Source: Eledone cirrhosa
Taxonomy: Eukaryota
Direction of reading: 5' to 3'
NCBI GenBank assembly: GCA_964016885.1
Contig: OZ024743.1
Location: forward strand, 225,122,001 to 225,186,000
Length of the DNA stretch: 64,000 bases
Below are positions 16,349 to 29,700 of the stretch, one piece after another. Each line of letters starts with the position of its first letter. Position 1 is the first letter of the stretch. Below the pieces are notes generated by a model, which worked only from the letters and a program-made list of their open reading frames with translations, did no database searches and was not told the origin of the DNA. The translations under genes were made by a program, and so were the position numbers.

Positions 16349-19135
16349 AGCCAGGTAGATTATATCCTTACCAGAAGACGTGACAAAGTGACTGTTGTAA
16401 ACACTAAATCCCTCCCCCATGAAGAATGCTTCTCCCAACATAGACTGATAATTAGCGACCTAATAGTCAGGACGAGACGTACTAGGCAACAGAAGAAGAC
16501 TACCCTCAGGAGAAAAATATGGAAGCTAAAGGACCCCACAGCCAAAAATAAATTCCAAAGCATATTACTTGATGCTTTCGACAGTAAGGAAGAGCAAATA
16601 GAGTCGTACAAGGTAGAGGAACAGTGGGAATTCTGAAAGCAAACCTGCTGACGGCGACAGACGAAGTCTGTGGCTGGAGCAGGCCTGTAGGCAGGAGGAG
16701 AGTAACATGGTGGTGGAACAGTAAGCTGGAGGGGTCAATTAAGGCCAAAAAGCAGGCTTGGAAAGTATGGCGGGATGGGGGAAGCAGAGAAGACTATCAA
16801 GTGGCCAGGAGGGAAGCTAGGAGACAAGTGTACTTCGCAAGAAGGGAAGTAGAGGAAAGAAAGTTCAAGCATGTTCTACAACGCGAGGACCAAAAACGTG
16901 AGGTGTTCAGGATTGCTAGGCATTGTGTCAAGGAAAACAGTGATATTGTCGGGGAGAAGTGTGTACTTAACAATGACGGCGTACTTGCCATCACCGACGC
17001 CGATAAGAAGGTAGCTTGGAAGTGTCACTATGAAAGGCTACTCAATGAGGAGAATAAATGGGAGAAAGACAGTCTCCCCCACATCGACCCAATAGAGGGA
17101 CCAGCTGTGTTAGTTGAGGGTAGTAAAATAAGTAAGGCAATCAAAGATATGAAGACCGGCAAGGCGGCTGGGCCTTCGGAAATAGTTGCCGAGATGCTGA
17201 AGGCATCTGGTACGGTGGGACACACCATGGTCACCCGGATAGTCAACCAAGTCATACAGAATGGGATTGTTCCGAAGGACTGGCGTAGCAGCATTATCGT
17301 TAACTGTTATAAGGGTAAAGGAGATGCCCTAGATAGGAGTAACTATAGAGGCATTAAATTAATCGACCAGGTCATGAAGGTCGCGGAAAAAGTAATAGCG
17401 CAACTAATCAGAGAGCAAATTGATCTAGATGAAATGCAGTTCGGGTTTGTGTCAGGAAAAAGTACCACAGACGCTCTTTTCATTGTACGACAACTACAGG
17501 AGAAGTACCTAGCTAAAAGTAAACCCCTATACTTAGCTTTCGTCGACTTGGAGAAGGCCTTCGACAGAGTCCCCCGTTCCATTATCTGGTGGGCTCTTAG
17601 AAAACTAGGTGTCGATGAATGGCTTGTGAGAGCTATACAAGCCATGTATAAAGAAACAGTCAGCAAGGTTAGAATTAACAACGAATATAGTGAAGAGTTT
17701 AGTGTAAAAGTTGGTGTTCATCAAAGCTCTGTTCTTAGCCCCCTACTATTTATTATTGCCCTCCAGGCTATAACAGTGGAGTTCAAGACCGGCTGCCCAT
17801 GGGAACTCCTATACGCAGATGATCTAACGCTCATAGCTGAATCAATGGCCGAGCTAGAGAAGAAATTCCAAACATGGAAGCACGGGCTAGAATCAAAAGG
17901 CCTTAAAATTGACCTGGCTAAGACTAAAGTTCTAGTTTGTAAGAAAGAAAATAAGGCGGCGGTCCCCTCCGGGAAGTGGCCATGCGCAGAGTGTAGGAAA
18001 GGCGTAGGTAGAAATTCCATTTTGTGTCCCAAAAGCAAAGTTTGGGATCACAGGTAAGCTAACTAAGAACATAGATTTTACATGTGGCCGGTGTTCTGGG
18101 GCAATAAGTAGCAGCAAGTGCCCACAAAATACTAGCTTTTTTCAACTGCGCAGAGGGTTCTATAGAAATAGTGGACAGCTTCCGTTACCTGGGTGACAAA
18201 ATCAGAAGTGGGGGAGGGTGCTCTGAAAGTACAGTAGCTAGAGTCAGAACTGGGTGGAAAAAGTTCAGAGAGCTTATACCACTATTAGCCGCTAAAGGGT
18301 TCTCCCTAAAAATGAAAGGCAGGTTGTACGATGCCTGCATACGAACAGCAATATTGCATGGCAGTGAGACCTGGGCATTGTGTGCAGAGGATATACGCAG
18401 ACTAGAGAGAAACGAAGCTTGCATGCTCCGCTGGATGTGTAATAGTAATATACGTGAACGACAAAGCATAAACGAACTAAGGAAAAAATTAGAAATAAGA
18501 GGGATCAGATGTTGTTTACTAGAGAGAAGGCTACGTTGGTATGGTCACGTGATGCGCATGAAGGACGATATCTGTATAACAAAGTGCAGGGCAATAAAGA
18601 TAGACGGTAGCCACGGAATAGGCAGACCCAGAAAAACCTGGGACGAGCTGACAAACTCCGACCTCACACACTTACACCTCACCAAGACAATGTCACTGGA
18701 CCGAGACCTTTGGCGGTACTCAGTAATAGAGAAGACCCGCCTTACCTAAATACAAAGTAAAACCTACTACAGTCAGTAGGCATCTCTAACAAAATACACC
18801 CCCGTCCCACCACCCCCACCCCATCCACACCGCCCCCTTCTATGTAAAGTTTTGTTGGTGCCACACCATCCAGGCCGAAACAAATGAGATCGTGTAGGTG
18901 TCACGACAAAAAAACACACAGTCCACGTTGTAATGTGGCCGTGTAGGCAACACGGTAAAAACCTCCCAGACCCACAGTGTAAATGTGGTTGGTGTTAGGA
19001 AGGGCATCCAACTGTAGAAAACCTGCCAGACAGTCCGATGCGAGCAAGACAATCACTCTTGCCTCAAGTGGGAATACCCCCGTCCAAACCCATGCAAGCG
19101 TGGAACACGGACGTTAAACGTTGATGATGATGATG

Positions 19136-19137
<2 letters not shown>
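16349..19137 (+). mobile_element. RTE LINE, 5'-truncated, frameshifted (subfamily 2)
   Basis: ORF pieces 16388-16636, 16624-18057 (YADD), 18171-18749; starts at end of APE domain (QVDYILTRR); (GAT)n tail. Confidence 0.93.
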
Positions 19138-19170
<33 letters not shown>

Positions 19171-19394
19171 CATATATACATATATATACATATATATATA
19201 TACATATATATACATAAACATATATACATATATATACATATATATACATAAACATATATATACATATAATCATCATCATCATATACATATATATATACAT
19301 ATAAACATATATATACATATACATATATATACATATACATATATATACATATATATATATATATACATATATATACATATACATATATATATAT

Positions 19395-19732
19395 GGAGGC
19401 ACATGGCTTAGTGGTTAGAGCATTGGCCTTGCAATCGAAAGGTTGTGAGTTCAATTCTCAGATCGGGTGATGTGTTGTTTCCTTGAGCAAGACACTTTAT
19501 TTCACATTGCTCCAGTTTACTCAGCTGTAGAAATGAGATGATAGAGACTGGGGTCCAAATCATTCCACTGCAAGGTGGTCGTGGAGGTGCCACGGCAAAA
19601 AAGCACCCAGCACTCACTGTAAATGAGGTTGGTGTGAGGAAGGGCATCCAGCTGTAGAAATCAAGCCAGAATCAGTTCCCGTCCCACCCTTGCAAGCAGG
19701 GAAAAGTGGACGTAAAATGAAATGATGATGAT
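19395..19732 (+). mobile_element. CORE-type tRNA SINE with RTE tail (family A), full length
   Basis: A box TGGCTTAGTGG, B box GAGTTCAATTC, CORE-like CCTTGAGCAAGACACTT...CCAGTTTACTCAGCTGT, RTE-like GGAAGGGCATCCAGCTGTAGAAA, (ATG)n tail. Confidence 0.9.
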
Positions 19733-19782
19733 ACAAATATATACATGTACATATATATACATATATATATATATATACATAG

Positions 19783-19813
<31 letters not shown>

Positions 19814-19971
19814 CATATACATACATAAACACATATATATATATACATATATATATATATACATATACATACATAAACATATATATACATAAACATATAT
19901 ATACATAAACATATATATACATAAACATATATATACATAAACATATATATACATATACATATATATAAATA

Positions 19972-20751
19972 TATATGAAAAAGTTTGTACTCATAAGTGG
20001 CCTTCCAACCGTCGTAGGCATTTCGTCGCATTAAAGGCCATATACCTCAGGTTGGTGCGAGCAACGGCTAAAAAAGTCGTTGGGACACGTAAATAAGGGG
20101 GACGCTAGGGTAAACAAACAAAATGGTTTAAGCAACAGAAAGTGATGAAGAAGAAACAAGCCCCAGGTTTCTATGAATATAAATTCGGTGGAATCGTGAA
20201 CGAGAGAATAAAGACCATCAAAGCTGGTTGAAATGTGAGCAAGGAAGGAATTTCGCACAGGTCTAACGGGGGGAAGAAGGGGTCTGGTCTGCGAATTCGG
20301 TAAACATAAGTTCTGTGAAGTCGCAGACGAGAGAGAGAGAAAAAAAATTCATACCGGCTTGGCCAAGTGCCCGCGAGAAAAGGATTACGGACAGGTCAAA
20401 CGGGAAGAAAGGGGAGGAAGAGAGGTAGTGACAGAGAGTGAGTGAGTGAAAGTTGAGGAAGTGGCTAACAGAGAGAGAGAGACTGCTAGAAAGGGTAAAG
20501 ACACAAAGAACGAAACAGACTGGTGGCAGCGGAGGAAAAAATATATGTGTAAATATGATAATAATGGAGCTGCGGCGCTGCAAATGGGTTACATATGAAA
20601 AACTTTGTCCTCATCAGTGGCCTTCCAACTGTCGTAGGCATTTCGTCGCATTACAGGCGAAATGCCTACGACGGTTGGAAGGCCACTGATGAGGACAAAC
20701 TTTTTCATATGTAACCCATTTGCAGCGCCGCAGCTCCATTATTATCATATT

Positions 20752-20755
<4 letters not shown>
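19972..20755 (-). mobile_element. Unclassified ~620-bp non-coding unit, 1.1 copies plus inverted end
   Basis: Direct repeat 19972-20033 / 20592-20653; fold-back 20548-20645 / 20658-20755; homologous to 45709-46612. Confidence 0.75.
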
Positions 20756-21636
<881 letters not shown>

Positions 21637-21801
21637 ATAAAATATTAAACAAATAATGAATAAACAATGAAACAGTTCCTTATATTAAACAAAAAAAGTT
21701 CATTATTTAAATAATGAACTTTAAATAATGAACTTTTTTTGTTTTTTGTTTAATATAAGGAACTGTTTCATTGTTTATTCATTATTTGTTTAATATTTTA
21801 T
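21637..21801. repeat. AT-rich inverted repeat (~70-bp arms)
   Basis: ATAAAATATTAAACAAATAATGAATAAACAATGAAACAGTTCC... mirrored by ...GGAACTGTTTCATTGTTTATTCATTATTTGTTTAATATTTTAT. Confidence 0.85.
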
Positions 21802-21941
21802 CTTGACTCTGTATACCGTTTATCTTTCACCGAAAGTGATTTTTCATTACATCTCTTCTTTCCATGATATCCGGAATACATTGAGTTCTTCATACGGATT
21901 GGACACTACCGTAAACTCTTGGTAGATTTATCTACATATAC

Positions 21942-21972
<31 letters not shown>

Positions 21973-21980
21973 CATATACA

Positions 21981-22056
<76 letters not shown>

Positions 22057-22087
22057 CATATATATATACATATATATATACATATAC

Positions 22088-22214
<127 letters not shown>

Positions 22215-22227
22215 CATATATATATAG

Positions 22228-25200
22228 TTTAGCGAGGTTTTTTATATGAAATCGTGTGTTGAAACAGATATTGTTATACTTGGGGAGGGTCATATTTGCG
22301 TAATATTGCCAGAATTAATAACAGAACACACTCACTGTTTGGTTGGTTTAACAACAATAACGGTGAAGTAAACAACAATACATCTAGCAATCATAACAAT
22401 AATAATAATGCTAATGATAGAAACAACAACAATAGCAACACACACAACTATGACGATAGATATAATGACAACCCCTTAGAGAAACTATTTTTCAACCCAG
22501 CTGACAAAACATATAAGATGGGTAATATCTATCCTACGAGGTTACCCTTTAATAAAAGAATTTGCATACCACAGCAAATAGATGACGAGACGGAGGCACA
22601 GTTCACCATAGCTAGAAATAAGATTAGACAAGTAGTAGAGAGGTATACTAAGAGACAGAGCAGACCAGAGGCCCAACAACTTGGGAGAAAACCTGTAGAA
22701 GGCTTGGTTAGCCTCAAGCAGCGCACAAGGGATGGTGAGGTAGTGTGTCTACCCACAGATAAGTCTGGTAGGATGTCAATAGATAGCATGCCGAACTACA
22801 TCGAGGCTATGCAACCCCACATCACCAACACGAGCGAAGTTGCACAACAAACACACGATGGGAGAGAAAAAATCCTCAACGCTCACATGATGATGTGGAC
22901 TGACATCCTAAAGCCAAGCAGACGCACTGCCAACAACTTCCAGGCGTCTAACAATGGCATACCACCCTTGTATGGGCTCCGCAAAGACCACAAGACAGTC
23001 GACGACCAGACAACAGGACCACCAACAAGACCCGTATGCGGAGCTAATATAGCTAGCAACTACAGGATCTCCTACTTCCTCTCAATGGTTATACGCCCCA
23101 TAATCAAGATGTCCCCAGATGTATGTGAAAGTACAGAGGACCTCCTCAGCGGAATCAGTGAGTGCAACAAAAACAGGAGCCTATCCAACTGCATAATAGG
23201 CAGCATGGATGTGGTGTCACTGTACCCATCCATTAACATTGATTTTGCTGTGAAAAGATGTGTGGTGATGATCATTGAGAGTGAGGTGGAGTTCTGCGAC
23301 GTCGACACAGACGAACTGGGCCTCCTACTTAGACTTACCTACGACACTGACTACCTAGACAGCCATGACCTTAGATGTTTCTGCCCTAGTAGACCTATAA
23401 GAGGTAGACCCCCCACCATAACCTCAATGGCAAAAAAGACTCCCATAGGAAGGTAGATTGGGTGGACCAAAGCTATACGGACCCCCAAAAACGCTGATCA
23501 GGTAAGAAAAATGGTCGCACATGCAATAGGGGCTAGTATCAAAACTACCCTAAAGGGCCACATATTTAAGTTCAATGAGAAAATCTACACCCAAAATGAG
23601 GGAGCAGCCATTGGCGTCAGCATAGCTGGTGATGTTGCCAACCTTTTCATGGTATGGTGGGAAAGGAGACTTAAAGATCTCCTTAATGAAAGCTCCATAG
23701 ACCTCATCATGTACTCTCGTTATGTAGACGATATCAATATAGTTATAAGAACACCCCCACTAGAGAGCACTAACAAGTTTGACTTAGAACGTAGCACGAT
23801 GGAAAGCATCCAGCAGATAGCTAATTCCATACACCAGAGTATAACTGTAACTATCGACTTCCCTTCCAAACACCCTAACAATAGACTACCTGTATTAGAC
23901 ACAGAACTCTGGATTAACACTATAGACGAGAGAGCCCAAATTCTCCACTCACACTATGCTAAACCCATGGCCTCCAAATACCTGGTACTCAAAAACTCAG
24001 CAATGTCCAGTAGTGCTAAGTTTAATATTCTGATCGCAGATTTGGTACGAGTGATGAAGAATGTGTCCAGCATGTGCAACCCAACAGAAATGGAAAGACA
24101 CATCCAACACTTCATCAACCGCATGCAGTTCTCTGGCTACAACCAAAGAGACAGAGTCAGAGTATACGAAGGAGCCATGGAAAAGTATAAGACCCTCATA
24201 GAACTGGACATGAAAGGAATTTGCCCACTATACAGGAGCAAATCATGGAATAGCTTAGATAGGGCTAGACATAAGATAGGGAAGGCCACATCATGGTACA
24301 ACAACCAGAGATATCAAAGTGTCATGTTTGTGGACGCCACCCCTGGAGGGAAATTAGCTAACCAGTGTAGAAAGTCCCTGAGAAAGACCCACTTAAAAAT
24401 AAAGGTGGTAGAAAAGCCAGGAACCACCATAAAAACCCTGATCAGCAAAACCTACCCTTTTAAGAAAACCCATTGTACCAATAGGAAATGTATCATATGT
24501 AAGGTGAACCCCCGGATAAACTGCAAAACTAGAAACGTAGTCTATAGCATAAGATGTACAGAGGGTACTTGCAGAAACATGACAACAACATACATAGGTG
24601 AGACAGCTCGTAGCATAGGTGAAAGGATAGACCAACACTGGGGGGAACTAAAAGGACGAAAAAACGGGTCAGTACTATACGAACATGCTAGACAACAACA
24701 TGACGGTAACATAGACAACATAGAAATTAGAATAATATCTAAACATAGGAATGACCCAACAGATAGGCAAATCAGAGAGGCCAGTGAAATAGAAATTAGA
24801 AGACCAAAGCTAAACAGAAAGAATGAGTGGAACAACAACAACACCCAAAGAAACAACACTGACCTAAGAGAAGTATAAATAAGTAAATAAATAAAATAAA
24901 ATAAAATGAAATAAGATAAATAAATACATACACAAGCACAACAACAACAAGCACATAAACACACACTAGTCACCCAGCAGACACAACACTATACACACTA
25001 GTCACACACAAAACACTATACACACACGCAAACGCATGCGCAAAGAAGACAAAATAAAATAAACAAACAAGCAAATAAATAAATAAATATATAGACAGAC
25101 TGAATAAAAAATGGCGTAGACATACAACACAACAGGAGGAAAAAAATATAACACCACTGACGATGTTGCAGATGTGCAACGAAAGATTTATGTAAATTAT

Positions 25201-25401
25201 GTAAAATATATATATGTGTTTGTATCTATATTGTATCTGTATTATTTTTGAGCGTCGGTCAGTCAATGGCAACATTGAGGACCGAGTAAGTTAGATCGCA
25301 GATATAAAAGACAGCGAGAAGCGAAAACCAACCAAGCAGTGAGTGTGTTCTGTTATTAATTCTGGCAATATTACGCAAATATGACCCTCCCCAAGTATAA
25401 C
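22228..25401 (+). mobile_element. Penelope-like retroelement 1 with inverted termini
   Basis: RT + C-terminal GIY-YIG; 77-bp inverted repeats 22273-22349 / 25325-25401; flanked by TA arrays. Confidence 0.92.
22350..24878 (+). pseudogene. PLE RT-GIY-YIG polyprotein, one in-frame TAG (23454-23456), 5' end replaced by inversion
   Basis: PTDKSG, LYGLRKDHK, RPV, MDVVSLYPSI, YVDD, LPVLD, VVYSIRC...YIGET, ERIDQH, LNRKNEW; ORFs 22296-23456 and 23511-24878 are in the same frame. Confidence 0.88.
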
Positions 25402-25402
25402 C

Positions 25403-25473
<71 letters not shown>

Positions 25474-25601
25474 CATATATATACATATATATATATATAC
25501 ATACATATATATACATATATATACATATATATATATATACATACATATATATATATATACATACATACATATATATATACATACATACATATATATATAC
25601 A

Positions 25602-26209
25602 TGGTGGCTGCCAACTCGTTTTCGAGTACGGCCACTACTTTATATCCATGTAGGAGAACCCCTACCGATGCGCTGAACGAGTGTGACTTTTTAGTCCAGC
25701 CAGCGACTTGAAAACTCTGGTACAAACACTACACTTGTGACAATTATTGACACATAGTGCTGGGCCCATGGTACCATGTGACGACAAGTGCAGAGAGATC
25801 TCCAGATATAAAGCAATGCCTGTGCCGTGAAGCTTTTATAGTGAGAAAAGGCACTGCACAAAGCCAGTCCCACTCTCTTAACCAAGATGATATTTACCAA
25901 AAAGAAGAACACTTCAACATCATTGGATACCATCAGGGTTGCAGGTGTTATATCAGAGTTTTCCTTCTCCTAGAATTCTGCCTTGACAAAGGCTAAGGGG
26001 TCATCTCTCCCGGTGATTTTGGATGGCCATTGACTCTTAAGAGCTCCTTTGCCCTTTGACAGGTTTTGTTTTTAGTCCTGCAGGATGTCCAAAGTCACCC
26101 TCCTCACCAAGAAATCTTGGTGGGGTTGCCAGTTTAGTCGCCAACGACTCGACCATGAGACAGGTTGTACTGGGATACATGTTACCAGTAGCACCAACTG
26201 GTGACCTGA
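25602..26209 (-). mobile_element. Non-autonomous bipartite RTE-derived element
   Basis: Reverse complement of 58943-59563; TAGGAGAAGGAAAACTCTGA RTE 5' UTR motif and C2H2 remnant at 3' end. Confidence 0.8.
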
Positions 26210-26428
26210 CACATATATATATACATACATACATATATACATACATACATACATATATACATACATACATATATATATACATACATACATATATATATAC
26301 ATACATATATATATACATACATATATATATATATATATACATATATATATAGACATATATATATATATACATATATATATATACATATATATATAGACAT
26401 ATATATATATATACATATATATATATAC

Positions 26429-26477
<49 letters not shown>

Positions 26478-26488
26478 CATATATATAC

Positions 26489-26611
<123 letters not shown>

Positions 26612-26654
26612 CATATATATACATATATATATATATATATACATATATATATAC

Positions 26655-26735
<81 letters not shown>

Positions 26736-26736
26736 C

Positions 26737-29700
26737 ATCATCATCATCAACGTTTAACGTCCGTGTTCCACGCTTGCATGGGTTTGGACGGGGGTAGTCC
26801 CACTTGAGGCAAGAGTGATTGTCTTGCTCGCATAGGACTGTCTGGCAGGTTTTCTACAGTTGGATGCCCTTCCTAACACCAACCACATTTACAGTGTGGG
26901 TCTGGGAGGTTTTTACCGTGTTGCCTACACGGCCACATTACAGCGTGGACTGTGTGTTTTTTTGTCGTGACACCTACACGATCTCATTTGTTTCGGCCTG
27001 GATGGCGCGGCACCAACAAAACTTTACATAGAACGGGGTGGTGTGGATGGGGTGGGGGTGGTGGCGGGACGGGGTGTATTCTGTTAGAGATGCCTACTGG
27101 CTGGAGTAGGTTTTACTATATATTTAGGGAAGGCGGGTCTTCTCTGTTACTGAGTACCGCCAAAGGTCTCGGTCCAGTGACATTGTCTTGGAGAGGTGTA
27201 AGTGTGTGATGTCGGAGTTTATCAGCTCGTCCCAGGTTTTTCTAGGTCTGCCTATTCCGTGACTACCGTCTATCTTTATTGCCCTGCACTTTGTTATACA
27301 GCTATCGACTTTCATGCGCATCACGTGTCCATACCAACGTAGCCTTCTCTCGAGTAAACAACATCTGATCCCTCTTATCTCTAATTTTTTCCTTAGTTCG
27401 TTTATGCTTTGCCGTTCACGTATATTACTGTTACACATCCAGCGGAGCATGCAAGCTTCGTTCCTCTCTAGTCTGCGTATATCCTCTGCACACAATGCCC
27501 AGGTCTCACTGCCATGCAGCATTGCTGTTCGTATGCAGGCATCGTACAACCTGCCTTTCATTTTTAGTGAGAACTCTTTAGCAGCTAATAGTGGTATAAG
27601 CTCTCTGAACTTTTTCCAACCAGTTCTGACTCTAGCTACAGTACTTCCAGAGCACCCTCCCCCACTGCTGATTTTATCGCCCAGGTAACGGAAGCTGTCC
27701 ACTATTTCTATAGAACCCTCTGCGCAATTGAAAGAGCTAGTAGTTTGTGGGCACTTGCTGCTACTTATTGCACCAGAGCACCGGCCACATGTAAAATCTA
27801 TGTTCTTAGTTAGCTTACCTGTGATCCCACTACATCTTTTATGCACCCATACTTTGCATTTAGGACATAAAATGGAGTTTCTACCTACGCCTTTCCTACA
27901 CACCGAGCACGACCATTTCCCAGAAGGGACCGCCGCCTTGTTTTCTTTCCTACAAACTAGTACTTTGGTCTTAGCCAGGTTAATTTTAAGTCCTTTTGAC
28001 TCTAGGCCGTGCTTCCATGTTTGGAATTTCTTCTCTAGCTCGGCCATTGATTCCGCTATGAGTGTCAGGTCGTCTGCGTATAGGAGTTCCCATGAGCAGC
28101 CTGTCTTGAACTCCTCTGTTATAGCCTGAAGGGCAATAATAAATAGTAGTGGGCTGAGAACAGAGCTCTGATGGACGCCAACTTTTACGCTAAACTCTTC
28201 ACTATATTCGTTGTTAATTCTAACCTTGCTGACTGTTTCTTTATACATGGCTTGTATAGCCCTCACAAGCCATTCGTCAACGCCTAGTTTTCTAAGAGCC
28301 CACCAGATAATGGAGCGGGGGACTCTGTCGAAGGCTTTCTCCAAGTCGACAAAAGCTAAGTAGAGGGGTTTACCTTTAGCTAGGTACTTCTCCTGTAGTT
28401 GTCGTACTATGAAAAGAGCGTCTGTGGTACTTTTGCCTGACACAAACCCGAACTGCATTTCATGTAGGTCAATTCTCTCTCTGATTAGTTGCGCTATTAC
28501 TTTTTCCGTGACCTTCATGACCTGGTCGATTAATTTAATGCCTCTATAGTTACTCCTATCTAGGGCGTCTCCTTTACCCTTATAACAGTTAACGATGATG
28601 CTGCTATGCCAGTCCTTCGGAACAACCCCATTCTGTACGACTTGGTTAAACTATGCGGGTGACCATGGTGTGTCCCACCGTGCCAGATGCCTTCAGCATC
28701 TCAGCAACTATTTCCGAAGGCCCAGCCGCCTTACCCGTCTTCATATCCTTGATTGCCTTACTTATTATACTCCCCTCGACTAACACTGCTGGTCCCTCTA
28801 TTGGGTCGATATGGGGGAGACTGCCTTTCTCCCAATTATTCTCCTCATTTAGTAGCCTTTCATAGTGACACTTCCAAGCTACCTTCTTATCAGCGTCGGT
28901 GATGGCAAGTGAGCCATCGTCGTTTAGTACACACTTCTCCCCGACAATATCACGGTTTTCCTTGACGCATTGCCTAGCAATCCTGAACACCTCACGTTTT
29001 TGGTCATCGCGTTGTAGAAAATACTTGAACTTTCTTTCCTCAGCTTCCCTTCTTGCTAAGTACACTTGTCTCCTAGCTTCCCTCCTGGCCACTTGATAGT
29101 CCTCTCTACTTCCCCCATCCCGCCATACTTTCCAAGCCTGCTTTTTGGCCTTAATTGACCCCTCCACCTTACTGTTCCACCACCATGTTACTCTCCTCCT
29201 GCCTACAGGCCTGCTCCAGCCACAGACTTCGTCTGTCGCCAACAGCAGGTTTGCTTTCAGAAATTCCCACTCTCCCTCTATATTGTCCGACTCTAAATGT
29301 TCTTCCTTACTGTCGAAAGCATCAAGTAATATGCTTTGAAATTTATTCCTGGCTGTGGGGTCCTTTAGCTTCCATATTTTCCTCCTGAGGATAGTCCTCT
29401 TCTGTTGTCGAGTACGTCTCGTCCTGACTATGAGGTCGCTAATTATCAGTCTATGTTGGGAGGTGCATTCTTCATGGGGAGGGATTTAGTGTTTACAACA
29501 GACACTCTGTCACGTCTTCTGGTAAGGATATAATCTACCTGGCTTGTGTGTCCCCGGATCTATAGGTGATCAGGTGATTGTCACGTTTTTGAAGTTAGTG
29601 TTACAGATAGTTAGGTTATTTGCGTCACAGAATTCCAGGATTCTGGAGCCTTCCTCATTTCTAGTACCAAACCCATAGCCTCCATGGATTTCGTCGTAGC

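Noticed and set aside
14182-19137. Divergent RTE pair as one twin-primed inverted insertion
   Set aside because: The copies belong to different subfamilies, overlap in content and each has its own tail
19395-19465. tRNA gene call for SINE heads
   Set aside because: A and B boxes present but no complete cloverleaf; always fused to CORE and tail
23454-23456. Selenocysteine or programmed read-through in PLE 1
   Set aside because: Stop is TAG, not TGA; a TGG>TAG mutation is the simpler explanation
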